Source: an uncultured archaeon (GTDB taxonomy: Archaea > Aenigmatarchaeota > Aenigmatarchaeia > CG10238-14). Taken from it: a DNA stretch of 64,000 nucleotides. Below the pieces are notes generated by a model. It was not told the origin of the DNA. It saw nothing but the letters and a program-made list of their open reading frames with translations, and did no database searches. Positions 1 through 9,360 of the stretch are shown here, one piece after another. The first letter of the stretch is position 1. Every line of letters starts with the position of its first letter. Location: positions 46,698-110,697 of the forward strand of contig CAYMPD010000001.1 in NCBI GenBank assembly GCA_964392445.1, in the 5' to 3' direction. A program made the position numbers and the translations under genes.

Positions 1-9
1 GATGAGACT

Positions 10-1671
10 ATGTTCTGGTCAGACAGAATTGCGAATTTATTGATAGAAAGAAAAAAATATAACTACATAGACAAAAACACTCAAAAACCAGAGAAATTTC
101 AAGTAAAAAGTAGTACTTCTATATCAGGTGTTCCACACATAGGTAATGCTTCTGATGTGATAAGACATGATGCCGTGGTCAGATCTCTAAAAGAAATGGG
201 AGAGAAAGTACATTTTATCTGGGTATCTGAGGATATGGATCCTTTAAGGAAAGTACCTGCCGGAATTCCTAAAGAATTTAGTAAATATTTGGGTATGCCT
301 GTATCAGATTTACCTTGCCCAGAGGGTTGTTGTGAGAGTTATGTCAAGCACTTCACTAGATTATTCATAGAAAGTCTTCATAAGCATTTTGGAACTGAAC
401 CGGAATTAATTTCAACCACAGATGCTTACAAAAATGGGAAATTTTATCCTTATGTTAAATTGTCTTTGGAAAAGATTGATATAATAAAAAAGATACTTAA
501 CAAACATAGAACCAATCCTCTACCTAAAGTTTGGAGTCCCTTAAAACCAGTTTGTGATAATTGCGGGAAGATAATAACTACCAAGATAGATGATGTAAAT
601 AAAGATGTTGTTAGTTACAGATGTGAAGATTACTCCTTTAAAGAATTTGGTCAGAAAGCCTACACTAAAGTTGAGGGTTGTGAACATAAAGGCGGATGTG
701 ACATTACTAAAGGTAATTATAAATTGTTATGGAAGATCGAATGGGCAGCTGAGTGGCCTTTGTGGAAGATTAATTTCGAAGGTGCGGGAAAAGAACACTA
801 TATGCCAGGTGGTTCCTTCTGGAATGCTGGCGAAATTTGTGAAAAAGTGTTTGATTGGCCTGAACCTTATCCTGGAGAAAATGAAATCCAGCCTTATGAG
901 TACATTTTAGTAGACGGAGAAAAAATGTCTGCATCTAAAGGTAATGTGGTCGCAACATGGGAATGGCCTGAATTTGCTCCGCCTGAAATACTTAGAATGC
1001 TCCTTTTAAAGAGACCAAATAAGACAAGAGGATTCTCCTATGAAAAAATACCCGAAATGGTTGATGAATTTGATGAATTAAAGGAAATCTATTATGGCCA
1101 TAAAAAGATTGAAAATGAAAAGGAATTAAGAAATTTGAAAAAACTTTACGAAGTTTCTAGGATCGAAGAAAAATATCATTATACCCCTAGCGTTTCGTTC
1201 AGTTACTTGGCTTTAATAAGTCAGATGATTCCTGAATCTACTACAAGTAATTTTGATAGAGTAATTCAAGTTCTCAAAAAAACCGAACATATTACAGAAG
1301 ATAATGAAGAGATTAGAACTCATGTAAAGAAGAGACTGGAAATGGCTGGAGAGTGGATGAAAAGATATGGTCCCGAAGAGGATAGGATAAAATTATTGAA
1401 AAAGGTACCAAAAGAAATAGTTGGGAAATTGAGTGAAGAACAGAAATCGTCCTTGAAAGAACTTTCGGGATTTATCCAAAAAGACTTTACAAGAAAAGAA
1501 ATGTGGGATGAAATAAAATCAACAGCGGAAAAGTACGGAATAAAACCCGGAAAAATATTCCAAGCAGCTTATCTAGTTCTAATTGGAAGAAAAAGAGGAC
1601 CAAGAATGATACCTTTTATTCAACTATTGGATAGAGATTTCGTGATTAAGAGATTTAGTTTGGAAGATTAA
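10..1671 (+). CDS. lysK: Lysyl-tRNA synthetase, class I (archaeal type)
   Basis: 553 aa; class-I LysRS variant of the HIGH motif (PHIGN near the N-terminus) and KMSASKGN (KMSKS-type) motif; length typical of archaeal LysRS-I. Confidence 0.85.
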   Translation: MFWSDRIANLLIERKKYNYIDKNTQKPEKFQVKSSTSISGVPHIGNASDVIRHDAVVRSLKEMGEKVHFIWVSEDMDPLRKVPAGIPKEFSKYLGMPVSDLPCPEGCCESYVKHFTRLFIESLHKHFGTEPELISTTDAYKNGKFYPYVKLSLEKIDIIKKILNKHRTNPLPKVWSPLKPVCDNCGKIITTKIDDVNKDVVSYRCEDYSFKEFGQKAYTKVEGCEHKGGCDITKGNYKLLWKIEWAAEWPLWKINFEGAGKEHYMPGGSFWNAGEICEKVFDWPEPYPGENEIQPYEYILVDGEKMSASKGNVVATWEWPEFAPPEILRMLLLKRPNKTRGFSYEKIPEMVDEFDELKEIYYGHKKIENEKELRNLKKLYEVSRIEEKYHYTPSVSFSYLALISQMIPESTTSNFDRVIQVLKKTEHITEDNEEIRTHVKKRLEMAGEWMKRYGPEEDRIKLLKKVPKEIVGKLSEEQKSSLKELSGFIQKDFTRKEMWDEIKSTAEKYGIKPGKIFQAAYLVLIGRKRGPRMIPFIQLLDRDFVIKRFSLED

Positions 1672-1708
1672 ATAAAACGTTAAGTAAATTAATTCATAAT
1701 CTATTGTC

Positions 1709-2800
1709 ATGAGTGTCTTTGAAAATCTTCAACAATCCAGAATCTACAAAAACGAGGAAGCATTATCAACAGAATTCTTGCCAAATTTTCTTCCGCATAG
1801 AGAAACACAAATACAAGAGATAGCAAGGAATTTAAACCCGCTCACAAAAGGTAGAAAACCACAAAACACATTCATCTTCGGACCACCAGGAATAGGTAAG
1901 ACTTGTGTGACCAGATTCGTACTTAGAGAATTACAAGATTTTGCAAGCGATAATGTAGATACTGTTTTTATCAACACTTGGGATTATAATACTGCTCCCG
2001 CGTTACTGACCAAGATTGTGGTTGAGTTAGGTTACCCTTTACCAAGGCGAGGACTATCAAAAGATGAAATAATGGAAAAATTAATTGAAGTTTTAAAAAG
2101 AAAGAACAAAAGCTTGGTTGTTGGCCTGGATGAAATTGATCAATTAGTGAAAAAAGATGATTCTGCACTTTATGATTTACTAAGGATTAATCAGTATGTT
2201 AAGACACCTGTAGGTCTTGTAATGATTTCAAACTATGGTAATATTTTTGCTAAAGTTGAACCAAGGATTAAGAGTAGTTTAGACACCCAACAAATAGAAT
2301 TTAAAGGTTATTCGATTCAAGAAATGAAGGATATTATCAAGGAAAGATGTAAAGAAGCTTTTAGAACAGGGATTGTTCAAGAAGGGGTAACACTACTATG
2401 TGCTAATCATGCTGTTAACCGGGGAGGAGATGTTAGAGTAGGACTGGAATGTCTTAGAAAGGCTGCAAGAGCTTGTGAACAAGAAGACGGGGAAAAGATT
2501 CTCGTAAAACACGTGAAACAAATACTTCCTAGCGTTAAAACAGTTAAATTAAGATTGATGAGAGATAGGCTAGAAGGAGTTGACAAAAATATTGTTGAAT
2601 TACTAAAAACCAAGAAGAAGATAATCTTTTCCAAATTTATGAAGGATTACAATAAGAATTATGAAGCATTGTCAGATACTTCTCTTAAACAACATCTGGA
2701 TTACCTTGAAGGAGCAGGATTAGTAAGAACAGAGGAAACGAGAAGTGGTGGAAGAGGAAGAAAGTGTTACATTAGTTTGGTTAAGAGGAAGAAGTTCTAG
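1709..2800 (+). CDS. cdc6: Orc1/Cdc6 replication initiator
   Basis: 363 aa; Walker A GPPGIGKT, AAA+ core, C-terminal winged-helix region; archaeal Orc1/Cdc6 architecture. Confidence 0.9.
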   Translation: MSVFENLQQSRIYKNEEALSTEFLPNFLPHRETQIQEIARNLNPLTKGRKPQNTFIFGPPGIGKTCVTRFVLRELQDFASDNVDTVFINTWDYNTAPALLTKIVVELGYPLPRRGLSKDEIMEKLIEVLKRKNKSLVVGLDEIDQLVKKDDSALYDLLRINQYVKTPVGLVMISNYGNIFAKVEPRIKSSLDTQQIEFKGYSIQEMKDIIKERCKEAFRTGIVQEGVTLLCANHAVNRGGDVRVGLECLRKAARACEQEDGEKILVKHVKQILPSVKTVKLRLMRDRLEGVDKNIVELLKTKKKIIFSKFMKDYNKNYEALSDTSLKQHLDYLEGAGLVRTEETRSGGRGRKCYISLVKRKKF

Positions 2801-2865
2801 GTTAAAATTTATATGTGTGATTCTAACATAATAAGTTAGCGAGGTTAAATCTTAAAGGTTTTAAG

Positions 2866-2940
2866 AGCGAGATGGAGCAGCCTGGAGTGCTCGCGGGGCT
2901 CATAACCCCGAGGTCGGAAGTTCAAATCTTCCTCTCGCTA
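2866..2940 (+). tRNA. tRNA-Met (CAT), probable initiator
   Basis: 75-nt cloverleaf: acceptor AGCGAGA/TCTCGCT with A1:U72, D-stem GAGC/GCTC, anticodon stem CGGGG/CCCCG (three G:C pairs), loop CTCATAA (anticodon CAT), T-arm GGAAG-TTCAAAT-CTTCC. A1:U72 plus GGG/CCC is the archaeal initiator signature. Confidence 0.8.
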
Positions 2941-3001
2941 TCGGCCTATGCTTTTTTTCTGAATTCATTAATTATTTCACTACAAATCCCAAACTATAAC
3001 C

Positions 3002-3841
3002 ATGTGGTTCATCTACGCACTACTATCAGCATTACTTCTTTCATCTTATGCCTTGTTAATGAGAAAGACTCTCAAGGATAAAGGTAATCCAATAGTGTTC
3101 ACGGTAATTCTACAGTTTGTCATTTCCTTAGTTCTAATCTCACTCCTCCCTTTTGAAAATATTAGTTATCTCTTCACTACCAATAACCTCATCGTCTTAG
3201 TTTTAGTAATCATAGGGACCGCTATTCTCGCGATATTATTCACCAAAGGTAGACAACTTGAAGAAGCTTCGAATGTTTCTATTGGCGTTCAAGTAGGACG
3301 TGTTTGGAATCTGATTGGGGCAGCATTAATACTGGGAGAAGATGTAACTGGTTACAAGATAATTGGTGTGGGATTGATTATTCTTGGAAATATTTTGATT
3401 TCGTGGAAAGGCCAAAAACTGAAATTGACTAGAGGTATGATATTCATAATTACTGGAGCTTTATTATTTGCAACTGTTAATTTTGGTGATAAGTTCCTTT
3501 TAAAAACATTTTCTACAGCCTTTTATAACCTCCTACTTTATTCCATTTCTTCAATTATCTTATTCGGATTTATTGGATTCAACTTCAAAAAACTAAAGAA
3601 AGAGTTAAAATTACATGGGTCAGTGGTGTTTCTAATCGGAATTGTTTTTGGACTAGGAATGTATTTTTTTGAATTAGCTCTTAAATTAGGAGAGGTTTCC
3701 AGGGTTTCTCCCGTCCATAGTTCTTCAATGGTTTTCACAATATTAGCGGGTATAATCTTTCTAGGAGAAAGGGATCATCTGTTAAAGAAACTAGTAGCTG
3801 GTATAATCGTCTTTCTAGGAGTCTACTTACTTATTATCTGA
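3002..3841 (+). CDS. DMT/EamA-family membrane permease
   Basis: 279 aa; about 10 predicted TM helices in two repeated halves, typical of drug/metabolite transporter superfamily. Confidence 0.55.
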   Translation: MWFIYALLSALLLSSYALLMRKTLKDKGNPIVFTVILQFVISLVLISLLPFENISYLFTTNNLIVLVLVIIGTAILAILFTKGRQLEEASNVSIGVQVGRVWNLIGAALILGEDVTGYKIIGVGLIILGNILISWKGQKLKLTRGMIFIITGALLFATVNFGDKFLLKTFSTAFYNLLLYSISSIILFGFIGFNFKKLKKELKLHGSVVFLIGIVFGLGMYFFELALKLGEVSRVSPVHSSSMVFTILAGIIFLGERDHLLKKLVAGIIVFLGVYLLII

Positions 3842-4168
3842 TCAAATAGCCTGTGTTCTATCATCAGCCAAATCCACATCAGGAGAAACTATTTCTAAAT
3901 GATCAATCTTCTTTTTTAAAAAATTAATTCTTCCTTCGATATCATCAAGTGTTTTGTCGTAAGTCATCGCATCATCAATTGTTTTATCGAACTTCTGGGA
4001 AAGATAAGAAAGATATTTTGAAATTAGATTGATTTGACTGGTAATTGTATTGACTTTCTCAATTATCTCTTCCATTTCGGGTAGCCCTTTAGGGATTTCT
4101 TTCACTTTTTTTTCTTTCTTTGGTAAAAAGTCGAATGTTTCTTCTTGTTTTCTACTATTTCCGAACAT
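3842..4168 (-). CDS. hypothetical coiled-coil protein
   Basis: 108-aa ORF, charged/heptad-rich; no recognisable motif. Confidence 0.3.
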   Translation of the reverse strand: MFGNSRKQEETFDFLPKKEKKVKEIPKGLPEMEEIIEKVNTITSQINLISKYLSYLSQKFDKTIDDAMTYDKTLDDIEGRINFLKKKIDHLEIVSPDVDLADDRTQAI

Positions 4169-4242
4169 AATAAGATTATTGTTGGTTAAAGATTTAAATG
4201 GAAATGAAGCAAATTAAATGAAATCTAAATTAAATCCTGAAA

Positions 4243-5646
4243 TTATGTAAATGGATCATCCAAATCAGGGGACTCTTCGAAAAGAAATAATCCACTCTTT
4301 TTATCCATCCAAACATTTCGGTATTTATTCGTTCCTAATATTTGTCTGAACAGGGTAGTAGAGGCAACTCTAAACCCTCTTCTAAGATTAACAGGTGGTA
4401 AAATGAATCCATTACCAACTACCGAAAATGGCTCTAATGTAGATACATTATCACCTTCGCGCTCAACAAAAGAACTATAGCCAATAACCGCAGCTTCCAT
4501 CCTACCACCAAAAACACCGGAATTGTTCAAAATAACTGAAGGATATAATATATCATCATCTCTTAATCCAGTAATTTCAGTATCTTGACCTATAGAAACT
4601 CCATGGCCTATAATTGAATTGCTTATGTAGATATCTCCATCACCTCTCCCAGGATTAAAATCTGATCCTATCAGAACATGGCCACCAAATTGGATTTTAG
4701 CTCTCTCTACCTCTTCTAATGATTTTTCGTGAACTAAAACTCTCCCAGACGAAGTATCAAGTCTTTCATAATCATCAAAATCCAACCAATCATAATCACC
4801 AGTAATCGCTTTACCATTAGCACGTAAATAAGCCTTGATAGTTCCAAAGTCCTCCCAATCTTCAATCCTTCCTACCCCTTGTTGCCTTTGACCATAAGCA
4901 TACATTGAAACACCCTGATCAAGGAAATAAGGGAATATATCTCCTCCCATATCATCAAGTTTTACTCCATCCTCAATACCCTCTTCTAATATGTCTAAAA
5001 TAGTTGGAGAGAACATTACAATAGCTGTATTTATATAATCTGATGCGGGATCGGGTGATTTTTCTCTGAAATCCAATATACGGCCAGATTCATCGAATTT
5101 AACTGTTCCAAATTGATCTATCCCTGGCATTGAACCCCAATAAGTTACGCCTATGGTTACTCCTGGTGCATCTTCGTGTACTCTTTGATGGTATTTAGCC
5201 ATATCAATTGGATCAAAATTTGCAAAATTATCAGCATTTAATACCAGAATCAAATTATCCTGGATTTTTTCTCTATTGTTTCTTAAAAAATGGATAAAAG
5301 CGTCACCACTGCCTTCTGTTACACTTCTTCTCTCAAGAGATTTTTCTGGATCATAATAAGTTGAATATCTAATAGATAAATTATCTGCAATATTTCTACC
5401 GTCCTTCAAATCAGCAGGTACAAAAATATCATTAGCTAATCCATGTGTTGTAATATAACCTCTAAGTTCCTCCTGGTGATCCTGGAGAGATAGATATAAC
5501 ATTTCAACTACAGCCCTTAAGGGTGTTCTATTAGCTATATCTAACCAACCCTTTGATATTCCCATCTCAACTCCACCTATGGTCAGAGGATATAATCTAG
5601 TAGCTTCTCCACCTACAGGCACATAAAATACTAATTCTTTAAGCAT
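4243..5646 (-). CDS. Sugar-1-phosphate nucleotidyltransferase (GlgC/RmlA-like) with C-terminal left-handed beta-helix
   Basis: 467 aa; N-terminal GGEATRLYPLT (G-x-G-T-R-L-x-P-L-T pyrophosphorylase signature); Gly/Ile-rich hexapeptide-like C-terminal region. Confidence 0.7.
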   Translation of the reverse strand: MLKELVFYVPVGGEATRLYPLTIGGVEMGISKGWLDIANRTPLRAVVEMLYLSLQDHQEELRGYITTHGLANDIFVPADLKDGRNIADNLSIRYSTYYDPEKSLERRSVTEGSGDAFIHFLRNNREKIQDNLILVLNADNFANFDPIDMAKYHQRVHEDAPGVTIGVTYWGSMPGIDQFGTVKFDESGRILDFREKSPDPASDYINTAIVMFSPTILDILEEGIEDGVKLDDMGGDIFPYFLDQGVSMYAYGQRQQGVGRIEDWEDFGTIKAYLRANGKAITGDYDWLDFDDYERLDTSSGRVLVHEKSLEEVERAKIQFGGHVLIGSDFNPGRGDGDIYISNSIIGHGVSIGQDTEITGLRDDDILYPSVILNNSGVFGGRMEAAVIGYSSFVEREGDNVSTLEPFSVVGNGFILPPVNLRRGFRVASTTLFRQILGTNKYRNVWMDKKSGLFLFEESPDLDDPFT

Positions 5647-5743
5647 ATTAACTCCTAATTTTTCATTTTAATGGATGTATAGGTGGTTATTCTTTTATAG
5701 TGATATCCTCTTCTTTTTTATAAGAAATGAAAAAACAGAAAAG

Positions 5744-5848
5744 TGGGCCGACCCAGAATCGAACTGAGCTTTTCGCCTATCCTGGTCATACCTGTAAGGG
5801 TTCCGCGATCAAAAGACCTCGACGTCCTAACCGATAGACTATCGGCCC
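5744..5848 (-). tRNA. tRNA-like gene with about 30-nt insertion; anticodon arm not resolvable (atypically spliced tRNA or pseudogene)
   Basis: Minus-strand sequence has perfect 7-bp acceptor stem GGGCCGA/TCGGCCC with discriminator A, canonical D-arm (GTCT-ATCGGTTA-GGAC) and T-arm (CTCAG-TTCGATT-CTGGG). The 54 nt between D- and T-arm cannot be folded into a 5-7-5 anticodon arm with any single canonical or non-canonical intron I tried. Confidence 0.45.
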
Positions 5849-5931
5849 TCAGTTAATTAATTGGATAAATTAGATTTAAAAATATATTGATAACGAAAGA
5901 AATCAAAATTAATAAAAGAAAAAAACCTGAA

Positions 5932-6660
5932 TCAGGAAGGAAAAGTATTCCTAACATTCATCATCATATCAATGAATTGCTTTATCTCTTCTCTTGGTTT
6001 ACCTCTGTATGAACCATCGTACATCTTAATCGTTCCTCTTTCTCCATCAAAGGTTACTGTGTATTTGCTTCCATTAACCCAATCAATCTTGGGAATTACT
6101 GAGACTAATCTTAAGGAATTCGGGTTTGAAGAAATGTACTCAAGATATTTTTGATTCTTTTCTAATCTTTTTCCTCTCAAGATCTGATACCACATCCCAT
6201 GGATATACTTGAACATTGCTTTCTTGACCTCCTCACTGTTCTTGTTGACTATTGTTAGTAATTGTTGGGAAGTAAGGTCCACTTGTTCTAATCTCACTTT
6301 TAACAGTCCTTCGAAAAATTTCTTTATTTTTGCTGTTATGTGATCTTTTCCACGATATATCTCTAGTATTCCTGAAACCGTATTCAAATAACATAGGATA
6401 TCCCTACTAATCTTTTCCTCACCATTTTCTCTTAGATAATTCGCTAATTTCTCAGCTCTATCTGAAAATACTCTCTTCATCCCCGTTTCCAAGTCTTCCT
6501 CATAAGTCACTACTATCTCAATTTCCTTATCATTTTCTCTGGATCTTGTTGCTTCAAACTTACATTTTCCTAGATCTACCCCAGTCAAATTATAGAGTAT
6601 ATCTAATCTTTTAGGTATATGCGCCAATTTAAATACCGACACCGTTACCATTCTAATCAC
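5932..6660 (-). CDS. hypothetical protein
   Basis: 242-aa ORF with good coding periodicity; no motif recognised. Confidence 0.45.
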   Translation of the reverse strand: MIRMVTVSVFKLAHIPKRLDILYNLTGVDLGKCKFEATRSRENDKEIEIVVTYEEDLETGMKRVFSDRAEKLANYLRENGEEKISRDILCYLNTVSGILEIYRGKDHITAKIKKFFEGLLKVRLEQVDLTSQQLLTIVNKNSEEVKKAMFKYIHGMWYQILRGKRLEKNQKYLEYISSNPNSLRLVSVIPKIDWVNGSKYTVTFDGERGTIKMYDGSYRGKPREEIKQFIDMMMNVRNTFPS

Positions 6661-6752
6661 CTCGTTTCTATTCTCCAGTGTCTATACATTATATTGTAAT
6701 AAATATTTTTATATTAGTAGTATTTAAATAATACTGGAGGGGTGATGTTGGA

Positions 6753-7223
6753 ATGAACAAGAAAAAAACGTCCAAATCAGAGGAATACGATACCAAAAAC
6801 ACCAGGAGAATACTCAAAACTTTGGCTGAGAATCCTAGAGGTCTTACAATAACTGATGTAGCCTCAAAACTGGATTTAAACAGGCATACTGTTACCAAAA
6901 TCCTTGATAGGTTGTTAATAGAGAAGAGAGTGGATTATGACGAAAAAGGGCCTGCTAAAATCTTTTATTCCACAGGTACTAGTAGGTTTGTTGGGAGAGT
7001 CGATCAAGGTAAGTTTGATAAATTATGGATAGATGTGTTTAAGCCTAAGTATGAGGGTGAACAAGAATTTATAAGAATCAACCAGACCAAACATGATCAC
7101 TTGATTAGAACTCCAAGTAAGTTCAGAAGTGTTGGTGCAGTGGCTGTTAAGAGGAAGAATGTGATTAATCTGATTAGGATATTGAAGGATGTTGCAAGGG
7201 ACGAGTTGAATTTGAAGGTCTGA
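6753..7223 (+). CDS. winged-helix transcriptional regulator (MarR/TrmB-like)
   Basis: 156 aa; N-terminal HTH ILKTLAENPRGLTITDVASKLDLNRHTVTKILDRL followed by wing. Confidence 0.5.
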   Translation: MNKKKTSKSEEYDTKNTRRILKTLAENPRGLTITDVASKLDLNRHTVTKILDRLLIEKRVDYDEKGPAKIFYSTGTSRFVGRVDQGKFDKLWIDVFKPKYEGEQEFIRINQTKHDHLIRTPSKFRSVGAVAVKRKNVINLIRILKDVARDELNLKV

Positions 7224-7277
7224 TGATTATAGGGACTTAAAACGATAGATATTTAAAGCTTAGGATAGAATTAGGGC

Positions 7278-7550
7278 TTGAGAAACATGTATGGCGTTCA
7301 TATATCCAGCACATTTAGTAGAGAATATGTAGGAAGGACTGCGATAGTACCTGCTCCTTCAGATAACGGAGCTCTTTTTCATTGTTATGAAATAGGTTTT
7401 GATGGGGGATTACGTCCTAGAAACTCGAGTCTACCCATAGGACTAAGTGATGTACTAACCAAATATCCAAATTCTGATTTGACAGAAACTGGACTAAAAG
7501 TAGCATGGCAAAAACGTGAAAAAATAATAATCAAACAAAGTCCTAACTAA
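7278..7550 (+). CDS. hypothetical protein
   Basis: 90-aa ORF only. Confidence 0.25.
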   Translation: MRNMYGVHISSTFSREYVGRTAIVPAPSDNGALFHCYEIGFDGGLRPRNSSLPIGLSDVLTKYPNSDLTETGLKVAWQKREKIIIKQSPN

Positions 7551-7605
7551 TTTCTAAATTACAATCAAATTTAAACATTAACCTACCAATAATAAAGGAG
7601 ATTAT

Positions 7606-8028
7606 ATGCCACAAAAACAATTACAAGAAAAAATGCTTCAGTATCAGACTCTAGAAGAAACACTCAAACAATTGAATGAACGTCGAGAGTTATTTGGAAA
7701 TAGATTAATGGAAATAGATCAAACCAAACAAGCAATTCAAGAAGTAGAAAAATCAAAAGAAGATGATGTTTTTGTTCCTCTGGGATCAAGTGTGTTCTTA
7801 CCAGGAAAATTAAATAAAAAAGAAAAGATGATTGTAGGTTTAGGAGCAGATGTTGCATTAGAAAAGGATCCCGATGAGGTTAGAAAGATACTCGATGAAA
7901 GGAAAAAAATACTTGAAAAAGGAATTGAAGACTTGCAAAATAAAATGATTGAAGTTGTAGGTCAAATAAGAGAACTAGAACCAGAAATCCAAAAATTACT
8001 CTCAGAATCACAATTAAAAACGGGTTAA
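7606..8028 (+). CDS. pfdA: Prefoldin alpha subunit
   Basis: 140 aa; two coiled-coil segments flanking a central beta-hairpin region (VFVPLGSSVFLPGKL); conserved archaeal neighbourhood immediately upstream of ftsY. Confidence 0.75.
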   Translation: MPQKQLQEKMLQYQTLEETLKQLNERRELFGNRLMEIDQTKQAIQEVEKSKEDDVFVPLGSSVFLPGKLNKKEKMIVGLGADVALEKDPDEVRKILDERKKILEKGIEDLQNKMIEVVGQIRELEPEIQKLLSESQLKTG

Positions 8029-8031
8029 AGT

Positions 8032-8952
8032 ATGTTTGGTATTCTGAAAAAGAAATTACAAAACGTAGTTCAATCAGTGACAAAGACTGCGGAAAAGGCC
8101 CCAAAGAAAATTATTAAAAAAAAGATTTCCGAAAAAGATTTATCGCAAGTTCTGGAAGATTTAGAACTGAGTTTACTCCAGGCGGATGTAGCTTTTGAAG
8201 TTTCTGAAAAGATAAAAAAAGACCTTAAAGATGCTCTAGTCGGAAAGCAGGTTAAAAGGGGAAAAGTAAAGAAAATAGTGGAAAAAACTATTAGAAAGAG
8301 TTTACTTGAAATCTTGGATGTCCCTAAACTTGATCTGGAAAAGAAAATTAAAGGAAATAAACCTTACCTTGTTTTGTTTCTAGGATTTAATGGTTCAGGG
8401 AAGACTACTACACTCGCTAAAATTGGTCATAGATTAAAAAAGAAGGGGTATTCATGTGTATTTGCGGCCGGAGATTCTTTTAGGGCAGCGGCAATAGAAC
8501 AATTAGAAGAGCACGGAGAGAAATTAGGGATAAAAACAATCAAACATAAGATGGGGGCAGACTCTGCGGCAGTTATTTACGATGCAGTTGAACATGCTAA
8601 ATCAAAGGGAATAGATGTTGTTCTTGCTGACAGTGCGGGAAGAATGCATACCAATCAAAATCTTATGGATGAACTCAAAAAAATAGTTAGAGTTAATAAA
8701 CCTGATTTGAAAATACTTGTTATTGATTCTTTAACTGGGAATGATGCTATTGAGCAGGCTAAGAGATTTGATGAGGTTGTCGGGATTGATGGGGCAATTT
8801 TGACTAAGGTTGATGTTAATCCTAAGGGCGGTGCTATACTTAGTGTTTGTAAGATTCTTGGTAAACCTGTTGTTGGACTGGGTATGGGTCAGAATTATGA
8901 GGACTTGAAAAAGTTTGATAGAGAAGAGTTTGTTGGGAATTTGTTGGGTTAA
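8032..8952 (+). CDS. ftsY: Signal recognition particle receptor FtsY
   Basis: 306 aa; SRP GTPase NG domain: GFNGSGKTTT (G1), DSAGRMH (G3), TKVD (G4). Confidence 0.9.
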   Translation: MFGILKKKLQNVVQSVTKTAEKAPKKIIKKKISEKDLSQVLEDLELSLLQADVAFEVSEKIKKDLKDALVGKQVKRGKVKKIVEKTIRKSLLEILDVPKLDLEKKIKGNKPYLVLFLGFNGSGKTTTLAKIGHRLKKKGYSCVFAAGDSFRAAAIEQLEEHGEKLGIKTIKHKMGADSAAVIYDAVEHAKSKGIDVVLADSAGRMHTNQNLMDELKKIVRVNKPDLKILVIDSLTGNDAIEQAKRFDEVVGIDGAILTKVDVNPKGGAILSVCKILGKPVVGLGMGQNYEDLKKFDREEFVGNLLG

Positions 8953-9360
8953 ATTTCTAACGATCGAATAATTCCCCATAAACTTGGTCGAATTTGTCTG
9001 AAGAAGTTATATCAGTCGGTCTTAAAATTATATTATCATGAACATCAAAAAGCACTAAAGATATCCTTCCACCAAAAGCGTATTCTATAAGGCTTCCATA
9101 AATTTTACAACAGTCTGAAGGGTCAACGATTTTTCCGTTGGATAATTTTAAAAGAGTATGTCCCTCGAATCTGCCCCCTCCATTTCTATATCTAAAATTG
9201 ATTCACAATATATCTTTGAGCCATATTTATTCACTGCTTTTTAATAATAATTACTATATAAACATTTCTATATTTTACTCACTAAATTGTAGTAACTTAT
9301 TCGACCAAAAATCAATTTAAGTCTACATCCTTCTAATTAACTAATACTAGGTGGATAATC

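Noticed and set aside
605-910. 101-aa plus-strand ORF inside lysK
   Set aside because: Alternative frame fully inside a well-supported LysRS gene; no motifs
1744-2168. two antisense ORFs (77 and 65 aa) inside cdc6
   Set aside because: Antisense to a strongly supported gene; low-complexity translations
8731-8979. 82-aa minus-strand ORF overlapping ftsY 3' end
   Set aside because: Antisense overlap with ftsY, no motif
8953-9360. about 400-nt non-coding spacer between ftsY and srp54, scanned for SRP RNA, C/D-box or other ncRNA
   Set aside because: No UGAUGA/CUGA box pairs, no conserved SRP RNA or RNase P motifs and no ORF with a start codon found by eye; the 60-aa ORF 9138-9320 looks spurious. 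Left uncalled
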